A stretch of DNA of 64,000 bases from an uncultured Chlamydiales bacterium (lineage in GTDB: Bacteria; Chlamydiota; Chlamydiia; Chlamydiales; JAAKFR01). This document shows, piece after piece, positions 1 through 9,351 of the stretch. The translations under genes were made by a program, and so were the position numbers. The DNA lies in NCBI GenBank assembly GCA_963832835.1, contig CAWHVD010000001.1, positions 1,619,201-1,683,200 on the forward strand. The letters are read 5' to 3'. Within the stretch, counting starts at the first letter, position 1. Each line of letters starts with the position of its first letter. A model generated the notes under the pieces. That model saw nothing but the letters and a program-made list of their open reading frames with translations, was not told where the DNA came from and did not search any database.

Positions 1-2
1 CA

Positions 3-815
3 GGTGAACAAGACATGGACACTGCTCTTGCCTCTCTTGAAGCCGACAAAGCAGCTCTTAAAGTACTAGAAACATCATTAAGACAGACAATTTACTCTCT
101 TGCTACTCTTTTGGGGCGCCCTCCTGAATCTTTGCTTGAATCTTTCACAATTGCTAGACCCATTCCCGAAGCTATCGGAAAAATTCCTATAGGGCTTCCT
201 TCTGATTTGCTACGCAGGAGACCGGATGTGCGTGCTGCTGAAAGGCGCATTGCCGCGGCAACTGAGCAGATTGGGGTTGCCGTGGCAAGTTTGTTTCCTC
301 AACTTTCTTTAACCGGATCGAGTAGTTCATTTAGCGCTAACCCTCTACAGGGGGCTAATACGGGCTTTGCAAGCAACGCTCTATGCAAACTCTTCACCGC
401 ACCCAGTCGGATTTGGGGGATAGGAGGATTACTCTCGTGGCCCCTATTTGATTTTGGTAAGCGCATAGCCACCATTGATATTCAAGTCTCTTTGGAACAC
501 CAAGCCTTGCTCACCTATGAAAAAACGGTCGTCAGCGCACTACAGGAGGTCGAGAGCGACCTTGTCGCCTATTTTAACGAAGAGGAGCGGTTTCAGAATT
601 TAAATAGCGCAGTTCAAGCAAGCCATAGAGCATTTGATTTGACAGCAGATCTGTATCAAGCAGGACTTGCCAGTTACTCTCAAGTGATACAAGCCCAGGA
701 AATTTGGTTGACTGCGCTTGGTAACTTGACAACCAGCCAAGAAGCCTTAGCTACTAACCTCATTGCTCTATATAAAGCCTTAGGAGGGGGTTGGGAATGC
801 TGCTATACGCCATAA
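3..815 (+). CDS. Outer-membrane efflux channel, NodT/TolC family (3' part; 5' end lies outside window)
   Basis: Reading frame is open to the window edge. C-terminal LIALYKALGGGW is typical of NodT-type outer membrane factors. It overlaps the start of a downstream ABC exporter permease. Confidence 0.8.
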   Translation, partial: GEQDMDTALASLEADKAALKVLETSLRQTIYSLATLLGRPPESLLESFTIARPIPEAIGKIPIGLPSDLLRRRPDVRAAERRIAAATEQIGVAVASLFPQLSLTGSSSSFSANPLQGANTGFASNALCKLFTAPSRIWGIGGLLSWPLFDFGKRIATIDIQVSLEHQALLTYEKTVVSALQEVESDLVAYFNEEERFQNLNSAVQASHRAFDLTADLYQAGLASYSQVIQAQEIWLTALGNLTTSQEALATNLIALYKALGGGWECCYTP

Positions 816-1957
816 AAATGTTGATCGGTGACAGAATCAAATATATCAGTATTGTTATCGGCCTGAGCTTTGCCTCTTTCATTATCTCACAGCAAGCAGC
901 CATCATGGTGGGAATCATGAAAAGGACATACGGATTTGTAACAGACACGTCTCAGCCCAACATTTGGGTGACAGATCCTACAGTACAATACATCGAGGAC
1001 ATTAAGCCTCTAAAAGATACCGATCTGTACCGTGTACGCAGTGTCGAGGGAGTCGATTGGGCAGTACCTATTTACAAAGGAACAATCCAATCCCGTTTGC
1101 GCAATGGCACCTTTCAAACCTGCGTGCTCATTGGAATCGATGATGCTACGCTCATCGGGGCGCCCCCTAAAATACTTGAAGGGAATCTACTGGATTTGCG
1201 CATGGATGATGCTGTGCTTGTGGACCGAGTGGGTGCACAAACCAAATTAGCCTCCCCTCCTCAAGTGAAAGACGGTGCGCGCATCCCGCTACGCGTAGGT
1301 GATACCATGGAGCTCAATGATCACCGCGCCTATGTTGCAGGTATTTGCGAGGTGTCACGTACCTTTCAATCCCAGCCTGTCATCTATACCACGTACGACA
1401 GGGCAACCTCTTTTGTTCCGGCACAGCGCAAACTCCTATCCTTCATCATCGGCAAAGCAAAACCGGGCCTCGATCCTGCAGAGGTGTGCAGAAGAATTGA
1501 AGCCCAAACCGGATTTACTGCTTCTACAAGTGCAGAATTTAAATATAAGACTTTGAAATACTACACAAAATATACTGGTATCGTTGTGAATTTCGGAGTG
1601 GCGATCATTATGGGATTTATCATAGGGACTGCAATTGCAGGACAGACACTGTACAATTTCACTGTCGATCATCTCCCTTATTTTGGGGTATTCAAAGCTA
1701 TGGGAGCGGATAACACGCTATTAGTTAAAATGATCTTCCTACAGTCGCTATTAGTAAGTTGCATAGGATGGGGAATCGGGGTAGGAGCTGCCGCCTTATT
1801 TTATTTTCTTGCAGGACGCACCGAGCTTTCATACAACATGCCGCTGTATCTATATCTATTGAGCGGCTCATCGATTTTATGTATCAGCATTCTTGCAGCA
1901 TTTTTTAGTATGAGAAGAGTGATCAAATTGGACCCGGCCATTGTATTTAAAAGTTAA
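797..1957 (+). CDS. ABC exporter permease, FtsX/MacB (DevC-like) family
   Basis: N-terminal TM helix, periplasmic domain, then a C-terminal 3-TM FtsX-type region. ATG at 797 lies 6 nt after AGGAGGGGG; the track start at 791 is TTG. Confidence 0.8.
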   Translation: MLLYAIKMLIGDRIKYISIVIGLSFASFIISQQAAIMVGIMKRTYGFVTDTSQPNIWVTDPTVQYIEDIKPLKDTDLYRVRSVEGVDWAVPIYKGTIQSRLRNGTFQTCVLIGIDDATLIGAPPKILEGNLLDLRMDDAVLVDRVGAQTKLASPPQVKDGARIPLRVGDTMELNDHRAYVAGICEVSRTFQSQPVIYTTYDRATSFVPAQRKLLSFIIGKAKPGLDPAEVCRRIEAQTGFTASTSAEFKYKTLKYYTKYTGIVVNFGVAIIMGFIIGTAIAGQTLYNFTVDHLPYFGVFKAMGADNTLLVKMIFLQSLLVSCIGWGIGVGAAALFYFLAGRTELSYNMPLYLYLLSGSSILCISILAAFFSMRRVIKLDPAIVFKS

Positions 1958-2021
1958 GCATATTCCTTCAGACTTCTTGATTCATGACAAGGCGGAGCTT
2001 TGCGCCGCCCTGCAATGGCTT

Positions 2022-2184
2022 ATACCATTTCCAGAAAATAAAGCCATGAAGTGGTACTGGGTAACATGACAGATTTGGATGATCGTTTCGAAGCCTATGT
2101 TTTTGCACCTAAGCGAGAAAGGATCGTTCAAAAATGGCGTGTTATACAGTGCCACTTCATGGCTTTATTTTCTGGAAATGGTAT
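2022..2184 (+). mobile_element. 163-bp MITE-like palindromic element, copy 1
   Basis: Terminal inverted repeats ATACCATTTCCAGAAAATAAAG / CTTTATTTTCTGGAAATGGTAT. Near-identical to 7 other copies. Flanked by TTA on both sides. Confidence 0.9.
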
Positions 2185-2891
2185 TAAAAAAATTGGATGG
2201 TATAAAAGTGCTTGAAAGTCCATTAGCTGTTGAGTGCCGATCTGTTAAAAAGACTTATGGATCGGGAAGCTCACGTGTTGAAGCACTCCGAGGTGTAGAC
2301 CTCACTATCCCGCAAGGCGAACTTCGTTTGCTGATGGGCCCTTCGGGATCTGGGAAAACGACATTGATTTCGGTCATCGCAGGCATTTTAACACAAGATT
2401 CTGGACAGTGCATGATCCTGGGTACCGACCTCAATCATCTCTCGGACAAAGACAAAACCCACTATCGTGCCAACCATATTGGATTTGCTTTCCAAATCTT
2501 TAATCTCATCCCCATGTTAACAAACGAAGAAAATGTTTCTATCCCCCTCGTCTTAAATGGTGTGAAAAGAAGCATCGCTTTGGAAAAATCTAAACAACTT
2601 CTGATAGAGCTGGGATTGAGTGATAAATTAGGCACTTACCCCCCAGAGCTTTCCGGAGGACAACAACAACGTGTTGCCATAGCTCGTGCCCTTATCCACG
2701 ACCCCCCACTCATTGTCTGCGATGAACCAACAAGCTTTCTCGATCATAAAACAGGTACCATGATCATGGAGCTCCTACAAGAAATGGTGAAAAAGCGGGA
2801 TATCACCGTAATTGTCGTCACCCATGATCAGCGCATCGTCCCTTTTGCAGACAAAGTCGATTATTTGGAAGATGGCCAAATCACCCCGTAA
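2178..2891 (+). CDS. ABC exporter ATP-binding protein (DevA/MacB-ATPase-like)
   Basis: Walker [10 protein letters not shown], signature [15 protein letters not shown], Walker [10 protein letters not shown]. Start is uncertain. The ATG at 2178 lies inside the MITE tip. In-frame TTG 2193 or GTG 2208 are alternatives. The track start at 2079 is MITE-derived. Confidence 0.85.
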   Translation: MVLKKLDGIKVLESPLAVECRSVKKTYGSGSSRVEALRGVDLTIPQGELRLLMGPSGSGKTTLISVIAGILTQDSGQCMILGTDLNHLSDKDKTHYRANHIGFAFQIFNLIPMLTNEENVSIPLVLNGVKRSIALEKSKQLLIELGLSDKLGTYPPELSGGQQQRVAIARALIHDPPLIVCDEPTSFLDHKTGTMIMELLQEMVKKRDITVIVVTHDQRIVPFADKVDYLEDGQITP

Positions 2892-3053
2892 TACCATTTC
2901 CAGAAAATAAAGTCACAAATTGGCATTGTATAATACGCCATTTTTGAACGATCCTTTCTCGCTTAGGTGCAGAAACATAGGCTTCGAAACGATCATCCAA
3001 ATCTGTCATGTTACCCAGTACCACTTCATGACTTTATTTTCTGGAAATGGTAT
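2891..3053 (-). mobile_element. 163-bp MITE-like palindromic element, copy 2 (inverted relative to copy 1)
   Basis: Reverse complement of the copy 1 sequence. Flanked by TAA/TAA. The left TAA is the stop codon of the ABC ATPase. Confidence 0.9.
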
Positions 3054-3108
3054 AAAATCGAGCCCAGAGCAAACGCCCTGGGCAATAGGAAGCTGTGTTC
3101 TTATGGAA

Positions 3109-3921
3109 TTAGCGGACAGCTACTTCGTCAGCAGAGATAGTAGCACCGATTTTGGCACTTGGGAAGGCCGATTTCAGGATTTTTTGAGCATCCATCCCTT
3201 TTTGGGCAAGAGCTTCAGCTTTAGTAGCCGAAAAATGGGGATTTTGAATGGGGTTTCCCTCTTTTAAAGACTCAAGGACCATGTAACGGGTTAAATTGAC
3301 CGATGTCTCGACATTTTTAGGCTGAGCCGTGCCTGAGCCAAAATAGCCAGTTTCACGAGCCACTACGTCCCAAGGACGAGAAGTGCGCGCTAAGGCTTTA
3401 TTGTAAGCTTCAGTGCGTTCAATGATGGCTAAAGCAGCCATCGCCTCTTCGGGAAGATGGGTGTCTTCGTATTTAACAGCCAGCGTAGCTTTCAAATAAG
3501 CTTCGATCGGCACTTCATTGACAATGGCTATATGGTTGCCTTTCACATGATAAACAGAGAGCGCACCTTTGTACTGGATTCCATTTACAGAAATGGTGCT
3601 TGATTTGCTAGTTGGAATGATGGAGATCTGGTACACATCGGGATATTCTTCTCCCCAGCGCAGCCCCTGTTGCATCGCTTGCAGCATAAAACGCTTGCCC
3701 ACCGTTCCAAAGCTCAAACTCTTTGATGTGTCTTTGCGGATCACCCGATAACTACCCTTGGCTTCCACTAAAGCTGAGGCCGCATCTTTTTCTAACAAAA
3801 CATGAATCTTAGGCCCAAGCGGCTCCATCTGAGCACGCTTAGAACCTGGCCGGTGCATTTCTGATGCGCCCATTTGTGCAGCAGTTGCTAATACGACTAA
3901 TAAAAGTGTACATACTTTCAT
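3109..3921 (-). CDS. SpoIID/LytB-domain protein (putative peptidoglycan-remodelling enzyme), secreted
   Basis: N-terminal signal peptide. Central VNEVPIEAYLKATLAVKYED...EAMAALAIIERTEAY resembles the SpoIID amidase-enhancer/lytic transglycosylase domain. Lies 7 nt downstream of ruvB. Confidence 0.55.
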   Translation of the reverse strand: MKVCTLLLVVLATAAQMGASEMHRPGSKRAQMEPLGPKIHVLLEKDAASALVEAKGSYRVIRKDTSKSLSFGTVGKRFMLQAMQQGLRWGEEYPDVYQISIIPTSKSSTISVNGIQYKGALSVYHVKGNHIAIVNEVPIEAYLKATLAVKYEDTHLPEEAMAALAIIERTEAYNKALARTSRPWDVVARETGYFGSGTAQPKNVETSVNLTRYMVLESLKEGNPIQNPHFSATKAEALAQKGMDAQKILKSAFPSAKIGATISADEVAVR

Positions 3922-3928
3922 GATACCC

Positions 3929-4942
3929 TCAAAATAATGAATCGATTTCTTTTTTCTTACCCAAGTGGCGATAGGCTAAATCCGTAGCCATCCTACCACG
4001 TGGTGTCCGTTTGATAAATCCTTGCATGATCAGGAATGGTTCGTAAACCTCTTGGATCGTGTGTCCCTCTTCGCCCAGCGCAACTGCCAGTGTGTTGATC
4101 CCAACGGGCCCTCCACGGTAATGATCGATCAGGACAGAGAGGAGTTTCTTATCCATTTCGTCTAGCCCTTGTGCATCAATTGCCAGCATCTTCAGAGCTT
4201 GATCGACGACCTCTTGGTTTACATTTCCAGCAGCACGCATTTGGGAAAAATCGCGCACCCAACGTAAAAGGTTGTTGGCGACCCGAGGGGTTCCCCGCGC
4301 CCGCTTAGCGATCTCACTAATCCCGGGCTTATCAATAGGCAGTTTTAATATCCCGCTTGAGCGGAAAAGAATTTCCTCTAACACAGACGGGGGATAATAA
4401 TCTAAGCGGCAATTCAAGGCAAAACGAGAACGCATAGGAGCAGTGAGCAGTCCGCTGCGAGTGGTAGCCCCCACGAGAGTAAAGCGATTGAGTTTGACCT
4501 GTACAGACCGTGCATTAGGACCGCTATCGATCATCAAGTCCAGTACATAATCTTCCATAGCAGGATAGAGATATTCTTCCACGTTCCGGTTAATGCGGTG
4601 GATTTCGTCAATAAACAGAATGTCTCCCGCCTGCAAGTTCGTTAAAATACCTGCCAAGTCGCCCGGCTTGTCCAAGATCGGTCCGGAGGTGACAACCAGC
4701 GAGCTCCCCATCGTTTTGGCAATGATTCCGGCAAGTGTGGTTTTACCGAGGCCTGGCGGTCCCGAAAGGAGGCAGTGACCTAACGTCTCTCCTCTTTTTT
4801 TAGCAGCGCCCATAAACACGTCTAGCCTTGCGCGCACCTCGTCTTGTCCCAAAAAATCTCCGAGCGACTGAGGACGAAGGGGTACTTCAAAAGAAAAATC
4901 TTGCTTTGCCAGATTTGACTCAATGTAAGTTTCCTTGGACAT
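3929..4942 (-). CDS. ruvB: Holliday junction branch-migration helicase RuvB
   Basis: Walker A GPPGLGKTTLA, Walker B FIDEIHR, full-length collinear RuvB-like sequence. Confidence 0.95.
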   Translation of the reverse strand: MSKETYIESNLAKQDFSFEVPLRPQSLGDFLGQDEVRARLDVFMGAAKKRGETLGHCLLSGPPGLGKTTLAGIIAKTMGSSLVVTSGPILDKPGDLAGILTNLQAGDILFIDEIHRINRNVEEYLYPAMEDYVLDLMIDSGPNARSVQVKLNRFTLVGATTRSGLLTAPMRSRFALNCRLDYYPPSVLEEILFRSSGILKLPIDKPGISEIAKRARGTPRVANNLLRWVRDFSQMRAAGNVNQEVVDQALKMLAIDAQGLDEMDKKLLSVLIDHYRGGPVGINTLAVALGEEGHTIQEVYEPFLIMQGFIKRTPRGRMATDLAYRHLGKKKEIDSLF

Positions 4943-5173
4943 GAACCTATCCCGATATCCGGAAGTCTTGATTTTTGAAGATTTTTTTTACTGATTTGAA
5001 AGTCGCTTCGCAGGACATACTTGCATAAGTAGACCAAGAAGCGATCTTCAAAGCGGTGAAAAAAAGCTCTAAGGGCGGAGTTTTGGGATATCGGGATGGG
5101 TTCATAGAGAATCACACTAGCAAAAAAGAGAATCAAACGCTATATCTAATTGCGGACTTAAGAGAAGGACTTT

Positions 5174-5743
5174 ATGAGTATCAAAGAAGACACATGGATC
5201 AGACGACTGGCACTTAGCCACCAAATGATCGAACCCTTTGTCGATGGACAGGTCAATTCCTCACCCGATGGGACAAAGCTGGTAAGTTATGGCCTCTCGA
5301 GCTATGGTTACGATATCCGAGTTTCAGACGAGTTCAAAGTTTTCACGAATGTCTATAACTCGATTGTGGATCCCAAGCATTTCACAGAAGATTCGTTTGT
5401 CGACATCACTGCAAATGAGTGCATCATCCCTCCCAATTCTTTCGCACTGGCTCGCAGTATCGAATATTTCCGCATCCCTCGCAATATTCTTACCATCTGT
5501 TTGGGCAAATCGACCTATGCGCGTTGCGGTATTATCGTCAATGTAACCCCTTTTGAACCTGAATGGGAAGGGCATGTTACCATAGAAATCTCGAATACCA
5601 CACCCCTGCCCGCGAAAATTTACGCCAACGAAGGGATCGCACAAGTACTTTTTTTGGAGGCAGCCGAAGAATGTGCCATTTCTTATGCGGATCGCGCTGG
5701 AAAGTACCAGAAACAGCGTGGGATTACAGTACCCATCGTATAA
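5174..5743 (+). CDS. dcd: dCTP deaminase
   Basis: At 189 aa it has typical Dcd length and sequence pattern (SYGYD(I/L)R, trimeric dUTPase-like fold motifs). Divergent from ruvB, as I recall for Chlamydia. Confidence 0.9.
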   Translation: MSIKEDTWIRRLALSHQMIEPFVDGQVNSSPDGTKLVSYGLSSYGYDIRVSDEFKVFTNVYNSIVDPKHFTEDSFVDITANECIIPPNSFALARSIEYFRIPRNILTICLGKSTYARCGIIVNVTPFEPEWEGHVTIEISNTTPLPAKIYANEGIAQVLFLEAAEECAISYADRAGKYQKQRGITVPIV

Positions 5744-5746
5744 CTC

Positions 5747-6043
5747 ATGAAACGGTCACGCCTTTTTGAAGAGCTCATTTTAAAATCCTGGTGGGCAATT
5801 CTTTTTTTTATGGTCTGCTTTTTCGCCTATGATCAAGCCGCCAAAAGAAGGGATCGTGAAGAGCTGATACTACAGGAGAAATACCAGCAAATCCTTCGAG
5901 CTAAAGAAGAGGCTTCGACCCTACAAGAAGAATTAAAACGGGAAATCGCAAGCCAAAATGATGAAAGCTGGATCGAGCTGGTCCTGATGCAAAAGTTAGG
6001 ACTTGTCCCAGAAGGGCAACAAAAAGTGCATTTTGTAAAATGA
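5747..6043 (+). CDS. Small bitopic coiled-coil protein, FtsB/DivIC (septum formation initiator)-like
   Basis: One N-terminal TM, then a charged coiled coil. C-terminal WIELVLMQKLGLVPEGQQKVHF resembles the FtsB/DivIC motif (IE..AR..LG...PGE). Confidence 0.45.
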   Translation: MKRSRLFEELILKSWWAILFFMVCFFAYDQAAKRRDREELILQEKYQQILRAKEEASTLQEELKREIASQNDESWIELVLMQKLGLVPEGQQKVHFVK

Positions 6044-6056
6044 GCTCATTGGAAAA

Positions 6057-7298
6057 ATGACAACCACCCTTATCATTCTTCTTCTATTTGTTTTTACACT
6101 CGCATCCAGTTTTTTCTCGCTCACCTTTATCGCGATCTTTTCGTTATCGGCGACCGAGGTCAAACTCTATGCACATGACTCTGATCCACGCAAAAAAGAG
6201 ATTTGGAGTCTGCTTTCCAAGCCGCGCGATTTGCTAGTCACTCTTCTTTTCTATGACATCACAGCTAACATCTTAATCCAAAACACCGCCGCCAATCTCT
6301 TTGGTCCCTCTGCAAGCTGGTATTTGACCGTTGGAATTCCCTTAGCCCTTACCCTTGTTTTGGGTGAAATCATGCCCAAAACCATCGCCCTTCCATTCAA
6401 TAGCATGATCGCTTACCAAGTCGCACCAATTGTAAGGATACTCCACCAGATTTTAGGGCCAGTACGCAGATGGATCACTGATCTCACCACCCATCTGGCC
6501 GGAATTCTCTTTTTCTTCCTTAAAAAGGATAAAGAAATTTCCCATGAAGAGCTCAGCGTCCTTTTGCGCAGCTCAGAATCTTATGGAATCTTAAGTCGCG
6601 AGGAGGCCAAGCTGGTCGATGGTTACCTCTCCTTAACAGAAGTAACTGTTAAAGAACGGATGCGGCCGCGCCACGAAATCCTCTACTACGACCTAGACGA
6701 GCCACTATCTAAGCTCACCTACCTATTTGCAGAAAAAGAGTGCTCCCGCATCCCTGTCTGCCAAAATGGTCTGCAAAACCTCTTAGGGATACTCTCCGCA
6801 ACTCGATTCTTCTTAAACAGTAACTCTATCAAAGAAAGTCACGATCTCATCCCCTATCTCAAAAAACCCTATTATATCCCTGAAACCATTGTGGCACGTA
6901 CTCTCTTGCATCATTTTTTTCACAGAAATGAGGAGCTGGGAATCGTCATAGATGAATACAGCTCTATCTCTGGCTTGATTACGCAAGAAGATCTTTTCGA
7001 GATTGTCGTGGGTGAAATCACCGACCAAAGAGATGAAAAAGTGCGCTACACATCAGCCGGACAAGATGTGATTATCGCAAGTGGGAAAATGGACTTAAGC
7101 GAATTTGAGGAGCTCTTCAATGTGCAGCTTCCCAGTGAGAATCATATGGTTACCTTAGGTGGGTGGCTAACTGAACAATTGGGAGATATTCCCAAAAGCG
7201 GCACGAAATACTTGTGGAAAGGGTTTTTATTTCAAGTTCTTGCAGCCGACCCCAATCGAGTCCGTAGGATCTATATCAGGAGGTTGAAGCATGAATAG
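6057..7298 (+). CDS. CNNM/HlyC-CorC family transporter (DUF21-CBS pair-CorC), paralog 1
   Basis: N-terminal 4-TM DUF21 region, CBS pair and C-terminal CorC/HlyC domain pattern. Tandem with a paralog. Confidence 0.8.
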   Translation: MTTTLIILLLFVFTLASSFFSLTFIAIFSLSATEVKLYAHDSDPRKKEIWSLLSKPRDLLVTLLFYDITANILIQNTAANLFGPSASWYLTVGIPLALTLVLGEIMPKTIALPFNSMIAYQVAPIVRILHQILGPVRRWITDLTTHLAGILFFFLKKDKEISHEELSVLLRSSESYGILSREEAKLVDGYLSLTEVTVKERMRPRHEILYYDLDEPLSKLTYLFAEKECSRIPVCQNGLQNLLGILSATRFFLNSNSIKESHDLIPYLKKPYYIPETIVARTLLHHFFHRNEELGIVIDEYSSISGLITQEDLFEIVVGEITDQRDEKVRYTSAGQDVIIASGKMDLSEFEELFNVQLPSENHMVTLGGWLTEQLGDIPKSGTKYLWKGFLFQVLAADPNRVRRIYIRRLKHE

Positions 7299-8511
7299 CT
7301 CCCCTCTTTTTTGGTTTATGATCACCTTAGCGTGTATCGCTGTCCAAGGCGTTTATTCGATGCTAGAGCTAGCAGCGGTCTCCTTCAACCGTGTACGTCT
7401 CGAATACTACGTTAGCAAAAAAATCAAACGAGCCTTGTGGCTTCGCTATTTGCTCCAAAAGCCCTCGCGCCTTTTTGGAACTGTGATGTTAGGTGTGAAT
7501 GTGGCACTTCAAGTGGGATCTCAAACCGCACGCGAATTTTATAGCTCTGTGGGACTCGATCCTGATCTAGCGCCTATCACGCAAGTCTTTTTAGTAGTGA
7601 TTTTTGCTGAGATTGCCCCCCTATTTGCCGCGCGCCGTTATCCCGAACACGTGGTAATGCTGGGCATACCGCTTGTTTATGCAACCAGCATCATTTTTGC
7701 TCCTATTGTCTGGTTAATTACCCAATTCATGAATATTACCTTTAAGATTTTTGGAAAAAAAGGAGAAAGCTTCGAGCTCTTGATTAGCCGTGAAGAGTTG
7801 CAAAAAGTTCTAGAGAGCCATGAAGAGGAAAACGAGTTCAATATTGTAATTGAAGGGATTTTTGCCTTAAAAAGTTTGTCTGCAGATCACGTGATGACCC
7901 CTCTGGACAAAATCGATATGATCGCAGCCTCATCTACTGTCGGAGCTCTGCGCAGTAAAATCGCGGGCTCTGAACAAAATTTTGTCCCTCTCTTCCATAA
8001 AAACCCTTACAACATCATCGCTATCGCAAATGTACGCGATCTGGTGCGCTTTCCCGATAACAGAACGCTGCGTGAATATGCCCGCCCGCCGTGGTTTATT
8101 ACCTCGACAACTAAGCTGATGCCCATACTTGCCCAATTCAGACGTAACCAACAAACAGTTGCCGTCGTGCTGGATCCCAATGGAGCTGCGATTGGCATAC
8201 TCACCCTTGATGCCATTTTTGAAGAAATTTTTGGCAAATACCCATTGGAAGAAGAGATCAAAAAAACAGCTCATCTGCCCGTTATCCACCGAACCTTTCC
8301 CGGAAATACGAAGATTGTCGATTTTAACCGTGAATACAAAACGCACCTCGATGCTCATGGCGTCGAGACCTTTGCCCAGTTATTGGTCATCTTACTGGAT
8401 CATCCTCCTACACCTGGGGATGCCATCGTTGTCGATCGATTTGAATTGATTGTTGAAGAAGCGAGCCTTTTAGGCATCAAATCAGTCACTATTATTACTC
8501 TAGAAGACTAA
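7291..8511 (+). CDS. CNNM/HlyC-CorC family transporter (DUF21-CBS pair-CorC), paralog 2
   Basis: Same architecture as the upstream gene. Its 8-nt overlap with paralog 1 suggests an operon. Confidence 0.8.
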   Translation: MNSSPLFWFMITLACIAVQGVYSMLELAAVSFNRVRLEYYVSKKIKRALWLRYLLQKPSRLFGTVMLGVNVALQVGSQTAREFYSSVGLDPDLAPITQVFLVVIFAEIAPLFAARRYPEHVVMLGIPLVYATSIIFAPIVWLITQFMNITFKIFGKKGESFELLISREELQKVLESHEEENEFNIVIEGIFALKSLSADHVMTPLDKIDMIAASSTVGALRSKIAGSEQNFVPLFHKNPYNIIAIANVRDLVRFPDNRTLREYARPPWFITSTTKLMPILAQFRRNQQTVAVVLDPNGAAIGILTLDAIFEEIFGKYPLEEEIKKTAHLPVIHRTFPGNTKIVDFNREYKTHLDAHGVETFAQLLVILLDHPPTPGDAIVVDRFELIVEEASLLGIKSVTIITLED

Positions 8512-8568
8512 TAAACAGTAACATAAAGCTCATCTTAATAAATTAATCCTGTAAAATTAACTATGGTT

Positions 8569-8731
8569 ATACCCTTTCCAGAAAATAAAGCCATAAAGTG
8601 GTACTGGGTAACATGACAGACTTGGATGATCATTTCGAAGCCTATGTTTTTGCACCTAAGCGAGAAAGGATCGTTCAAAAATGGCGTGTTATACAGTGCC
8701 ACTTTATGGCTTTATTTTCTGGAAAGGGGAT
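8569..8731 (+). mobile_element. 163-bp MITE-like palindromic element, copy 3 (tips slightly degenerate)
   Basis: Same sequence family. Tips read ATACCCTTTCC / GGAAAGGGGAT. Flanked by TTA/TTA. Its right end overlaps the last codons of the minus-strand gene 8712-9329. Confidence 0.85.
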
Positions 8732-9329
8732 TACTTAAGATAAAAAAAAGCCCGAGGCTGATCAGCGCAGAGACAAAACACCAAAGGGAAATGAAAAAAG
8801 TGCGATCAATCCAAGCGATCAGGAGAGCGGAAGCGGCAAAAAGGAGGCCAAAATAGGATGTCTTGGGAAGGCTCGAAAGAAAAAAAGGAAATACTGTAGC
8901 AATGACATAACTCGCAAATAGGATGTCGTGGTTGTAAAAGTGGGGTGGATAGGCATAGTAGACACTTGCGCAGCTTATCGAGGCCGTCATATTCGGGATA
9001 GCAAAGCCAAGCATGCTGCTTATGATAAGACCGACCCCAAAGCAGATGGCAAGGGTTTGCTTAGACCAGGAGACCTCTTCTGCAAACCAGAAGGCAAACG
9101 GGATCCAAAGGGGCCAGCCTACAAACGCAAAAAACAGAAAAAGGCTTTTTGCAAAGTCGGGAGCTATGCCCAGCCACAAAAAACCCTCAGCTGCTTGTTG
9201 AATGGCAAAAAGTAAAGGGATCAGAGCTAGCGGCAAGAATTTTTTGTTCTGGGTGCGCAAGACGAGGGTGAGGCCCATCACTGCCAATACAGCAGAGGCT
9301 GAAAAGCTGGCGGTCGCAGAATAGCACAT
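8712..9329 (-). CDS. Polytopic integral membrane protein, unknown function
   Basis: ATG start followed by 5-6 predicted hydrophobic helices. I recognise no catalytic motif. The last ~6 codons and the stop lie inside MITE copy 3. Confidence 0.6.
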   Translation of the reverse strand: MCYSATASFSASAVLAVMGLTLVLRTQNKKFLPLALIPLLFAIQQAAEGFLWLGIAPDFAKSLFLFFAFVGWPLWIPFAFWFAEEVSWSKQTLAICFGVGLIISSMLGFAIPNMTASISCASVYYAYPPHFYNHDILFASYVIATVFPFFLSSLPKTSYFGLLFAASALLIAWIDRTFFISLWCFVSALISLGLFFILSNPLSRK

Positions 9330-9351
9330 GTCTTATCCTTATATTGGTAAG

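Noticed and set aside
2920-3267. Track ORFs that begin inside MITE copies. They are 2079 (as the start of the ATPase), 2920-3267, 8626-8856, 13876-14070, 30750-31043 and 59822-60013, with recurring peptides MALYNTPFLNDPFSLRC... or MI(V/I)SKPMFLHLSEKGSF... or MTDLDDRFEAY...
   Set aside because: The shared peptide sequences come from stop-free frames that run through a repeated DNA element. Each ORF then continues into unrelated flanking sequence, often antisense to a well-supported gene. They are repeat-derived artefacts, not a protein family.
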